Of a stretch of 64,000 bases of DNA, positions 53,101 through 60,367 are shown piece after piece. Both the position numbers and the translations under genes were made by a program. The stretch spans positions 1 through 64,000 of IMG/VR virus record IMGVR_UViG_3300033058_000221. One strand, given 5' to 3'. This stretch comes from a virus. The notes below the pieces were generated by a model. It did no database searches. It was not told where the DNA came from and saw nothing but the letters and a program-made list of their open reading frames with translations. Position 1 is the first letter of the stretch, and each line of letters begins with the position of its first letter.

Positions 53101-56100
53101 CACGTGCAAAAGAACGCAAGAAAGGCGGCACCATCGGTCCCTTTGACCTTTTGGTAGATTTCGTTGAAAACGAGAACACGTTCCCGATACATGAACACAC
53201 CACAGAGGTGCGCACCCGTTCCGACGGCTCGCATTACACAGTCGTTATACCGCGTATGAGATATGATGCCGAAGGGAATCAAGTACGGTCTGTCGATCCG
53301 AATCTCAAACGGCTACAGACACAACTCATCGCAGCACTCCGCCAAGAGATGCAACGCAGTGTATTTACCGCGGGGCTTCCGTTTGCCGCAGACATCATCC
53401 ATGAGATTGCAATATCTGCTGGGGTGGCGAGCGGCGAGATATCCGGACGGACAGAAACATTTTCACGGAATAACCCGCAACGGATGCCACAAGACCCCGC
53501 TTCCCGGATCGGACGCGCCAAAGCCTTCTCCGAGACCACCGATTTGAACCTGATCGTTTTGGGCCCCGCAGGGCTGACAGGTATCAACCTCCCCGTCTCT
53601 GAAGCCATCAAAGACAAGGTTGGCGGACTGTTCCACTACCTTGTGCAATCCTCGTGGAATGTGAATACCTTTGAACAGGGTTTAGGGCGTGGCAAGCGGT
53701 CTAACTCGGCGATCGATCCGCAGTACCAAGTCGTCTACCAGGATCTACCCGGTGCCGATCGTGTGTTGGGTGCAACACTCGCCAAGTTTGCTGAGATGGG
53801 TGCACTCGCGGGGCAAGCAGATAACGCCTTGATGCAGAACATCGACAAGGTAGAAGGTGAAACAAACCTCGACGATGACCCAGAGGCGGATGTCCCGGAT
53901 GTTTTCGATGAGACACAAGACACCGGCGAGCGGAGCCATGTGTTCGGCGTACACGGACAGGAAGCACTCGCACAACTCTGGCGCGATATGCATGAAGCCG
54001 GTGATATGGAGATCGCTGATACGCTCGGACTCGTACGCCCCGAACTCGCAGGCAACACAGGGCTGATCGACCCCGACACCATCCCAAGCGTGCAGCAGTT
54101 CTTCCAACGGCTCTTACACCAATCGACAACCGAGCAACCCCGTATTTATGAACAGTTTGAATCGCGTCTGAAACGGATTATCGCCTACAGGCGCGAGTTA
54201 GGTGAGTTGGATGTCGGGGCGAATGATCTCAACTCTAAAGATGGGCAGGTAACCGATAGGCTGACGATCTACACCGACCCGGATACCGGACAGACAGCAG
54301 AGATGGTGAAGTTAAGCGTGAAGCGGAAACTGCCGCGTCGGAGCTGGGAATTCGCACAGAAAGTTATCCGCGGTGAAGAAGGTTATGAACATCACGGTCG
54401 CAACTTCATCGGGATTTATCAAGATGCCGATGGTCACGTCTGGGCGGTCTTCGAAGCACCCTTTAGACAGGGCAGCGGAACGGAATACATCCGTTGGGGT
54501 CCCCGCGGTACACCCATTCAAGGTATCCATCAAGGCGAAAATCGGATAACTGCCGAAGAACTCGCAAACGATTTTACGCATATCTCCGTACCCAGCCAAC
54601 CCCAAATCACAGATGTAGACGCAGCGAAACAGCTCTGGGAGGCAGAAGATGCTGATGCCGATACTTATGTCGATTCAGAGCTCTTTATGGCGACAGGGCT
54701 TATCCTCCCGAAATGGAGCAATCTCTCGACACAGCGGATGCACGCACTGATGGCAGTCATCCCGATGTTAGACGGCTCAAACTTACACGGTCGAGTGATA
54801 CCGTCGGGACGCGTCTCGGAAGTATTGGAACAGATCGGCGGTGTCGATCCGAACCACTTTGATGCAGACAGAACAGAAACCACCACACCCGATACAGATA
54901 CAGAGACATCGCCAAATGGCGATGGGAACACCTTCGCCGAGATCGACATCCCCCAGTTTGTACGCGATATTATCGGGCAACAGACGGATACGCGCATCGC
55001 TGAGCGACTTGAAACCATCGTTGAAGCGATTCATAAGGGAATGCCGATGCTGTTGCGTGGACATCGTGTGAGAGACGCTGCCGAAGCTGCGCTCTTGGGG
55101 CAACTCATCCGTGACCCGCAAGTTGAACACACCTGGATCGTCTACAGGAAAGACGGTCGGATCGTCAAAATCGAGCCGATGAGTCTCAACAGGAAAACCG
55201 AAACGAAGGCAGGGGACTTTACACACATCAAAAGAACGGCTGCCAAAGAAAAAGCAGATTCCGTGTTGCGTATCCATAACCATCCGTCCGGGGTGGCGAA
55301 GTGGTCAGACACGGATAAACGCGTCGCGATGCAGTGGCACACGGAACTCGGCACACTCATGGCGGAAGATATTATCGTTGACTCCGGCACGTATGCTTAT
55401 CGGACTTTTGAAAACGGTGAATACACCTGGCACCAAGATGTCGTGTTAGATGCGACAGCTGCCGGTTTCGATACCAGCCCAGCGGCGGTCCCGGATGCGA
55501 CAGGTGAAGTCAAGCCGACCGATCCGCTCTATCAGAACCCGTTGATTAGGGGTGCGCGTGAAGCGGCGACCTACATGCTCGGACTCAAACACCGAACAGA
55601 CGTGGCAGAGTTGATTTTCGTTGATCCAAAGACAGGCAGGGTTACCGATACCGTTACAGATACACTGCTCCGAACTTCGCGTGTAGATGCCGAGATTGTC
55701 CAACGGCTGAAAGACTTGATCGCCCAAAGACCCGGACAACACGTGCATGTCGTGATGTGGGGTGGTAACCCTGCGTACACCACAGCGAAAGTGTTGATGA
55801 AAGCGAATATAGACGGCATGGATTCTGTCTGGGTGGATAGCACTCGTGGGCAAGGCATCGACTCGATTAGTACTTCCGATCAGGGAGACGCATCGGATAC
55901 CACAACAGACACTGACACTGAACCCGACACGATAACGATAAAGATAGGTGACGAAGATCACACGCTCATCCGGTCACCAGATGACGATACCGATACCGAC
56001 ACCGATACGCTTTCAGATGTTATCACGGATTTGATCACGGATTTGAAGAAGTGGTGGGACAGGCTCACTAAGAAAGAAAAAGCGGATATACGGAAGAAAC

Positions 56101-59100
56101 GGAAATTCACGAAGCCTGTTATAATTGCCGGTGTCCACAAACATGAACTATACCCAGACAAAGAGCGTAGGCTTCAAAACAGATATGATCGGGGTATTGA
56201 TGCCGAACACATGGTAAGAGGTGATGAAAAAGAGAACCTACGGTCAATCCTTGGATCCGGCACGCTCAAGAAAGCGGGTACTTATCCAGGTGTAGAAGGC
56301 TCCGGTCCCCGCGTATTTTTCTCCTACGGTCCTTACTACCGCAGAAACGAAAGCAGGCATGATTATGGCGTTATTTTAGACCTTGAGAAAATGCTGCGCG
56401 AGATACCGGGCATGTACGGGACGATTCACACCCGAAACAATTGGGGCACCCGCCGAGCGATTACTTCTGTCAAAGAGATGCGGAAACTCGTGAACTCCAA
56501 TCAGATCGGACACCCCGATACCGTCATTGAGATTAGTTTCCCACAAGATATTGACATCTCGAAATATTTTGTCGGTATCGTCGAAGATGGCAAGGTCTAT
56601 GCGAAAAAAGAGTATCTTGTTGAGAGCCAGTTGACCCGCGAACAAATACCCGCAGAATTTCCGACAACAAAATCCGAAAGCGAATTGAAGCAAGATATTC
56701 GGGCATACAAAGCGAAGATTAAAGAACTCATTGCTGAGATAAAACCGAGATTTGACCGTGCAATCCAAGAAGAAAAAGACAGGATACAACGTCTTGATAA
56801 AAGCATAGATAGGCGCGACATAGAAATTAATAAATTATACAGTAATCTTCATTTCAACAGGACCAAAACCCCCCATTCGGATAGAAGCCGTATCAAAACG
56901 CTCAAATCTATGCTTTCAAGAGAGATCGATCAGCGCAGAGATGCACAAAAACGACTTGAAGAACTTCGCAAGTGGGAAGGCACAATTTTCTTTGCCAAGC
57001 CCCATGCAGCTTATATACTCAAGGAAATACAGCAGGAATTGAAACAGGCATCACGCCAACTCAAAGAGAAGCAGAACCCAAGACGCAAGCGACAAGGTGT
57101 GTTGATGAGTGATGTTACCACCGATGGCGACAACATCCTCTCCGACTACACCGCGCAAGTCCAACGCACCAACCCCGATTCTGTTGTCTACCGTGTGCAT
57201 GCCCCAGAGGATTTAGCAATGACGGGTCGCGGACGTGCCAAATCCGCAGAAATAGGCGAAAAAGCACTCAACACGTTCCTGGATTCTAACGCCGGCATCA
57301 TGGGTGTCTTGAAAGCCTGGTCCCCGACTGCACGTCGATGGGCACGGCTAACGAAAAACGAATTCGTCTCCGGGTTCGGACGGCTTACAGATTTAGAAGC
57401 ACCCCAAGGAAGCGATGCACCGTCGCCTGCCGATGTCTTGAAAGAGATTCTCCGGGAACGGCAGATGATCTCTAAACTCAATGCTGGGCGTGCGTTATCA
57501 GCACTCGAACCGCCATTACTCGCGTTCAATAAACTTGCACGGAAACGCACAAGACTGCGCACAACCGCCGCAGCACCCGGCACACGCAAGGCAACGCGGA
57601 CAGCGATGTCACACAAAGTTTGGAACTTCATTGAGTATAACACCCCTATCGAAAATGATCCGGAACTGCTTGAAGCCGCAGAGAATTTGAAGGAGGCTTG
57701 GCGTGAGCTGCTGATCTACGACACCGAGAAGATCGTCGAACTCATGGGCGAATTGGAAACAATCAACGAGAAGCTCTACGTAACCGATTCCGCAGGCAAA
57801 CGCGTAGAATGGTACGGCGAATCCTTTGACGGTTTCGAGTGGGATCCTGAAACGAAAGGCTACACCAAAGACGGAAAGGCATACACCATCGAGGAAGCAC
57901 ACAGGGCAGCGAACAAACTCTATATGCCCCACTACTTCCGCGGTAAATCGCCACTACAGCAATACGCCGCACTCTCTAAGATGCAAGACGACTTGAACAA
58001 GTTGCTCGCCTCTGATGATCCCGCGGCACAAAAAGAGCTACTCCAACGCTTTGAAATCGAGATCGATCCCGGCGGCTTCCAGTACACGCACCTACCGACG
58101 GGCAAAACCGCTTCAACAGCGTATGAGATGGTACGCATCGTCGCCGACCACCTGTCCAACGAAGACGCAGCCCTACAGGGCATTATGAACTACTACCAAG
58201 ACGAAGGGCGTGTCGGCTACTACGGACACCTCGAAAGGACACGTGAAACAGACGACAGGTTCTATGCCCGGGATGTGGCACTACTCGCAGAAAACCGCAT
58301 CCGTTTATGGGACCGGCTCGCAGAAGTCGCAACGATCGGACAGCAACACCCGCTCATCGGGGATAGCCCGCGTATGAAAACGCTCATTGAACAGGTGATG
58401 ACTTTCGATAAGACACCCCGCGAAGCAGCACTTCGTAAATTTATTGATCCCTTGAAACCCGGAGATGAAGGGATGTTTGAACGGCTCCCACAATTCGCCT
58501 CCGGTGTCGATACGGCATTAGACATCATGCAGCACTGGTTGGAACGCGACGCAGACGGACAGAAAACCGGGAACTACCAAGAGATCGACATCGGACGGAT
58601 GAACCTCGACGACGCAACGCTCACAGAATTGGAACGGATCGGACTCATCGAGAAGGACGGAGACTCCTGGAAAGTCGTCGGTGAAGATATTGCGCAACGT
58701 CACGCAACGCTGGCACGGCATATCCACGAATTCTATAACACGCTCGCACAACGGAAAAACGCCGTGCATTCATTAGTGCTTGGGCTTGGCAATTGGCATA
58801 CCCGGGATCCGTTAGAGATGGAATCTTCGGAGTTTTGGAAGAAGATCAACGACGCGATCACTGTATTGACTTTGAATCACGGTGTCGCGATCCAGAACAT
58901 GTTAGAGATACCGCTGATTTCAATGATGACCGGTGCCAACCCGCTCTTTAAAGGGTTGAAGAACATGGCGAACAAGGAATATCGCGATGCTATGCAACAA
59001 CTCGCACGCGGCTTGAGCCATGCCCGCAAATTCATGGCAGATACATCGCTCGCCGATAAGTATCTCGGTTCGCCGTTGACGTTCTTCTCCAAATCGGATG

Positions 59101-59981
59101 AATTCTCAAGAGCTGCCGGCTTAGGGATCGGCTTAGAGAATGCGAAAGCGAAGATCCAACGCTACGCCGAAGCAGAAGGGAAACGCCGTGATGCGATCGG
59201 GCGTGAGATGGATGCCATCCGTCTGAACAAAGAGGTAATCGCGGGTATCCCAGTAGACCAGTTATCTGATGTTTTGACAGCCGCAGAGGAACTGATCCTC
59301 AACAACGAGGTGGACACCGTGTTCTCATCAGAGAAAGGCGGCGAACTCTCCGCTGCGGAACGACTCGCTGGTACAATGCTCCGCTCGATGTTCTATGTCT
59401 CCGATGAGACGTTCAAACAGTACGATGCGTCATCATTACCGGCGTTTATGGTCTCACGCAACCCGCTTATCCGGGTGTTCATGAAATACAAGTCTTGGAT
59501 GTTACAACAGAATAGATTGGTCTATAACCAACTCAAGCGCGCCTATCGCGAAGCGAAACAAGGCAACCCTGAACCGCTCGGCAACTTCATTGCGTCGTCG
59601 GCGATGATGGGACTCGGCACCGGGGGCTTATTGTGGCTCTATTCGGGCTTACAGGGTGATGACGACGATAAGACGGTCACAGAACGGCTCATGAAAGGGC
59701 TTGCCGCGGCACAGACATTCGGGATCGGGTCGGTGATGTTTGAACTGGCGATGTATGCCGAAGGGAACTGGTATCAGATGTCGAACCTCTTGGCGAAACA
59801 GGCTGCGGGTCCGACGTTCTCGGTCGCAGCACAGATGATCGGTCCGGTGTTCACAGGCGACTTCGGACAGGCGGGTGAGGAAGCACTCCGCAGATTACCG
59901 ATCGTTAGCTTCTCACGGCGTGTCGGTGGCTGGCGACTGCTTGAAGAAGCGACGGGCATAGGGGAGGACAATGAAGAATAA
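47154..59981 (+). CDS. giant (4275 aa) polyvalent protein: ParB-like domain, strawberry-notch-type SF2 helicase, RadC/JAB domain, plus large unassigned regions
   Basis: Single uninterrupted frame with a GGAGAG RBS. Motifs: DYPQDLQPRGGRGG (aa 619) and VVSGNGRTLAL (668); GDKPGVGKTRQ (1545), LDEMHK (1773), MSATPF (1805), NGDKVIVQLENTWEKS, QGLGRGKRSNS (2175); RIHNHPSGVAKWSDTDK (2708). All antisense and alternative-frame ORFs inside it are short. Confidence 0.85.
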   Translation: MATLREYLTPAEQERFRKLHAQGYFDPITLNRFTQRMRQEFEYIDMLQRQLDRATSDIGRVRGSTAQDVETRSRLQYTIDYTKDRIPRLRAGAFDSALSGDLSGRTRRAIQDFERATHVREDGQLTSAGDAFAAIPWIGDSAEKNLMARDLENQIREQGIVDYTINLAGSMITSPIRGAHQLTTGGLGENPLEAIAEIGSVLPIGRAFGRFARPGSLTSKAVRSPLWTVPSYTAQVSDIVGAGEGAYSELLAEGAIEAIGSGRDLVRHIRQRRAFPGVDPQQEIESRQATESTTEHDRTTGSRTAPGTQGLSPETARAVERARADSAVESAEAQAALDAAKEERRTSMDQELRRAAWERMLIEAEEREAAEAEQAAREQRFIDQDDAYTAQQQAEAEAAAEQQTAEADRIEHTKNWLPFYSDMAGGSQSEGIRLLNQEYEAGVRDPIAHRYDQIASGLREQMGAAPSELHREADKRLRQQIGEKWYNIHRGIDQRPTPQERAARAEEAAEKIVEGTDEGTDGDTDTGTTATGTQQTDRETQQGSGEAQPDETDVDNVPATDIPDPRDSVPPSRIGTENRGYESDGTTGHNVRPVLRELDDLVPSHQLDGEAREDYPQDLQPRGGRGGAISMEQVRNTARNPNFAFLLEFFKQFRDGAPVTSKKHPRRVVSGNGRTLALQFMQQNYPENWEAYQAALREELARVGIDPAEADAMEAPVLTYELMDDIDEVALAKDANTQATLDHTAAEQAGQDAQYFDNDLMALWEPGEGSFEEVLKSEGNQAFRTALFRRIPTQLVSAFMTADNRNFSDDGIKRIQNAMIRYVFGEDIGDQLANVLIEQGLEDVKNVETMLRHAIASLAYAKANGQDISTQLASAIFRFIEFNKTAEREARERKQPKDVMLYASIEAFYKSGTLIDAPTLLEKQLLYLVYAKRNAPRQLADDFQVWAQNVVARGQADAASLFDTAISEAIFAGMIRDYIRETILETQQTQDGQTVLVPPESMPPELVSLRREMDKMSGTADKDRFANDWIDAFLRMMNEGEEQSETQVEADVGGTDAGATGTPRGTGEDTDEGVPDPGRDTGAAATPESEGGVAPTQPQGTDGDDTGAAEGAADDVPVDDRGSDLSVSRDSLSALFGGRVWITDAIVDRINDVLQQKGDQTDRTDIRTVKWENDNGERVGFSDAQINLLMYSLATGQTPNQMPDGFSSRLSGSALETIADFRRIADETDTVDADQDVSTEEGGVDAANVPPTETPVDANQVVGVSRRIETSETTVSPVIANALQMLGVSAEEWERQKAEGTAEEFLNTLPQDEDYQIDAVIDLAGDIAGEMDYDDIADEDLDLDDEDFFSDVDDGILRDITDQQRSDFETVRKKLFLSKTIARLEAKGTDRTPIETARLRALQAPQRTDQQQSIYEEMLTAFIDQRVAYLQSKPQRNTTENRILEALVAVQADGLPEEASDLSLYSDLETPDQEHSRPLAETRTLAGVQAPDTADTELDLPEDVTADKNKLSPAQQSSVKAIIAAFLRKIHTDTDTTVQGGFLLGDKPGVGKTRQALAAMWHYIRQGINKHFVLAPNQQILDNYSKDMQAMGGPASDISHYDSGNKKLKTPIGTATYSMITRKPDLVNFATAGGSQNAIADIVEHLTGTRPTLQQTHPAAYQALREAYARIFPNLQDGASVADVVAELQRQAGTVNRENAAHVQNFRQRVTPMLADLLLAEDGQQELIAAGAEGSELYTRVEQLLNFAETHFAAQTDPNFRSTTEAFEGVIVLDEMHKTAGTNSQIGQTIAKLHELLPNAKFLYMSATPFKEIDNFWVAERLGLWGANQPFPSFDRFRRTFRRASRAVKEVIPLHLKQIGRYISRALSSKETRYTPVEVPLTDTEKRQYDTAVQLVQGIRQRFDAAIDAALRTAWGSIIESEGMDGQYRAKYMRMYYGAMQVFYLAVLDAMKAQGLEADIKEKLQNGDKVIVQLENTWEKSIARAKERKKGGTIGPFDLLVDFVENENTFPIHEHTTEVRTRSDGSHYTVVIPRMRYDAEGNQVRSVDPNLKRLQTQLIAALRQEMQRSVFTAGLPFAADIIHEIAISAGVASGEISGRTETFSRNNPQRMPQDPASRIGRAKAFSETTDLNLIVLGPAGLTGINLPVSEAIKDKVGGLFHYLVQSSWNVNTFEQGLGRGKRSNSAIDPQYQVVYQDLPGADRVLGATLAKFAEMGALAGQADNALMQNIDKVEGETNLDDDPEADVPDVFDETQDTGERSHVFGVHGQEALAQLWRDMHEAGDMEIADTLGLVRPELAGNTGLIDPDTIPSVQQFFQRLLHQSTTEQPRIYEQFESRLKRIIAYRRELGELDVGANDLNSKDGQVTDRLTIYTDPDTGQTAEMVKLSVKRKLPRRSWEFAQKVIRGEEGYEHHGRNFIGIYQDADGHVWAVFEAPFRQGSGTEYIRWGPRGTPIQGIHQGENRITAEELANDFTHISVPSQPQITDVDAAKQLWEAEDADADTYVDSELFMATGLILPKWSNLSTQRMHALMAVIPMLDGSNLHGRVIPSGRVSEVLEQIGGVDPNHFDADRTETTTPDTDTETSPNGDGNTFAEIDIPQFVRDIIGQQTDTRIAERLETIVEAIHKGMPMLLRGHRVRDAAEAALLGQLIRDPQVEHTWIVYRKDGRIVKIEPMSLNRKTETKAGDFTHIKRTAAKEKADSVLRIHNHPSGVAKWSDTDKRVAMQWHTELGTLMAEDIIVDSGTYAYRTFENGEYTWHQDVVLDATAAGFDTSPAAVPDATGEVKPTDPLYQNPLIRGAREAATYMLGLKHRTDVAELIFVDPKTGRVTDTVTDTLLRTSRVDAEIVQRLKDLIAQRPGQHVHVVMWGGNPAYTTAKVLMKANIDGMDSVWVDSTRGQGIDSISTSDQGDASDTTTDTDTEPDTITIKIGDEDHTLIRSPDDDTDTDTDTLSDVITDLITDLKKWWDRLTKKEKADIRKKRKFTKPVIIAGVHKHELYPDKERRLQNRYDRGIDAEHMVRGDEKENLRSILGSGTLKKAGTYPGVEGSGPRVFFSYGPYYRRNESRHDYGVILDLEKMLREIPGMYGTIHTRNNWGTRRAITSVKEMRKLVNSNQIGHPDTVIEISFPQDIDISKYFVGIVEDGKVYAKKEYLVESQLTREQIPAEFPTTKSESELKQDIRAYKAKIKELIAEIKPRFDRAIQEEKDRIQRLDKSIDRRDIEINKLYSNLHFNRTKTPHSDRSRIKTLKSMLSREIDQRRDAQKRLEELRKWEGTIFFAKPHAAYILKEIQQELKQASRQLKEKQNPRRKRQGVLMSDVTTDGDNILSDYTAQVQRTNPDSVVYRVHAPEDLAMTGRGRAKSAEIGEKALNTFLDSNAGIMGVLKAWSPTARRWARLTKNEFVSGFGRLTDLEAPQGSDAPSPADVLKEILRERQMISKLNAGRALSALEPPLLAFNKLARKRTRLRTTAAAPGTRKATRTAMSHKVWNFIEYNTPIENDPELLEAAENLKEAWRELLIYDTEKIVELMGELETINEKLYVTDSAGKRVEWYGESFDGFEWDPETKGYTKDGKAYTIEEAHRAANKLYMPHYFRGKSPLQQYAALSKMQDDLNKLLASDDPAAQKELLQRFEIEIDPGGFQYTHLPTGKTASTAYEMVRIVADHLSNEDAALQGIMNYYQDEGRVGYYGHLERTRETDDRFYARDVALLAENRIRLWDRLAEVATIGQQHPLIGDSPRMKTLIEQVMTFDKTPREAALRKFIDPLKPGDEGMFERLPQFASGVDTALDIMQHWLERDADGQKTGNYQEIDIGRMNLDDATLTELERIGLIEKDGDSWKVVGEDIAQRHATLARHIHEFYNTLAQRKNAVHSLVLGLGNWHTRDPLEMESSEFWKKINDAITVLTLNHGVAIQNMLEIPLISMMTGANPLFKGLKNMANKEYRDAMQQLARGLSHARKFMADTSLADKYLGSPLTFFSKSDEFSRAAGLGIGLENAKAKIQRYAEAEGKRRDAIGREMDAIRLNKEVIAGIPVDQLSDVLTAAEELILNNEVDTVFSSEKGGELSAAERLAGTMLRSMFYVSDETFKQYDASSLPAFMVSRNPLIRVFMKYKSWMLQQNRLVYNQLKRAYREAKQGNPEPLGNFIASSAMMGLGTGGLLWLYSGLQGDDDDKTVTERLMKGLAAAQTFGIGSVMFELAMYAEGNWYQMSNLLAKQAAGPTFSVAAQMIGPVFTGDFGQAGEEALRRLPIVSFSRRVGGWRLLEEATGIGEDNEE
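48924..49420 (+). other. ParB/Srx-fold nuclease-like domain within the giant ORF (boundaries approximate)
   Basis: VRPVLRELDDLVPSH...DYPQDLQPRGGRGG...GAPVTSKKHPRRVVSGNGRTLAL. The pattern matches ParB-like domains (xxQPRxR ... GNxRxxA). Confidence 0.6.
51684..53800 (+). other. SF2 helicase region, strawberry-notch (Sno)-like (boundaries approximate)
   Basis: Motif I GFLLGDKPGVGKTRQ, motif II VIVLDEMHKTAG, motif III LYMSATPF, the inter-lobe GDKVIVQLENTWEKS (compare the Sno GKxVVIGLQSTGEA), and motif VI FEQGLGRGKRSNSA. Confidence 0.7.
55041..55410 (+). other. RadC-like JAB/JAMM domain within the giant ORF (boundaries approximate)
   Basis: LRGHRVRDAAEAALLGQLI...EHTWIVYRKDGRIV...SVLRIHNHPSGVAKWSDTDKRVA. 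The same HNHPSG..S..D motif occurs in the stand-alone RadC at the left edge. Confidence 0.75.
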
Positions 59982-60165
59982 AAAACGACTCCTTTATTAT
60001 TTCTGGTCAATTCTTGTCACCTTTGCATTTGTATTCATTGTTACCGCGAAGGTATTGGGTATCTTTCCATGGAAACTCTACGACCTTATTGGTATCCCTT
60101 CTGCATTGTTTTTAGTCGTTATTTTACTTGCAAAATTCATCAACGACGATTATGAGGAGGAATAA
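59971..60165 (+). CDS. small 2-TM membrane protein, 64 aa
   Basis: GGGGAGG RBS inside the end of the giant ORF, overlapping its stop by 11 nt. Hydrophobic spans YYFWSILVTFAFVFIVTA and IPSALFLVVILLA. Confidence 0.5.
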   Translation: MKNKKRLLYYFWSILVTFAFVFIVTAKVLGIFPWKLYDLIGIPSALFLVVILLAKFINDDYEEE

Positions 60166-60166
60166 C

Positions 60167-60358
60167 GTGACTGTCAAGGAATTGAAAGAAATTCTCGAAG
60201 ATTGCGATGACGACATGCTAATTGTTGTCGATCGTGAGGAATACGGATACTTGGAAGTCGAGCGGACAGAGCGCGTAACGCACATAAGGGGATATAAAGG
60301 GTTTCTTCAAGGAAACGACGAGGTCCCGGCACTGCGTATCGTCGGGAAACCTTTTTAG
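60167..60358 (+). CDS. hypothetical acidic protein, 63 aa (GTG start)
   Basis: GAGGAGG lies 6 nt before GTG 60167, just after the previous stop. The longer track ORF from 60128 overlaps the upstream gene. Confidence 0.45.
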   Translation: MTVKELKEILEDCDDDMLIVVDREEYGYLEVERTERVTHIRGYKGFLQGNDEVPALRIVGKPF

Positions 60359-60367
60359 GAGGAACAG

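Noticed and set aside
48014-57643. Many 60-190-aa antisense or alternative-frame ORFs inside the giant gene (for example 48014..48394, 52066..52578, 54783..55283, 55446..55961, 57188..57643).
   Set aside because: All are nested in a long frame with coherent domain motifs. Their translations are Arg/Ser/Cys-rich shadow sequences without RBSs.
47154-59981. Giant ORF as an N4-like virion RNA polymerase or as a tape-measure protein.
   Set aside because: I found no T7/N4-type polymerase motifs (no recognisable motif A/B/C such as the HD(S/F) block), whereas ParB, Sno-helicase and JAB motifs are explicit. It is separated from the head/tail genes by the lysis and accessory regions and lacks upstream chaperone/frameshift genes. 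A tape-measure role seems unlikely but is not excluded for the C-terminal part.
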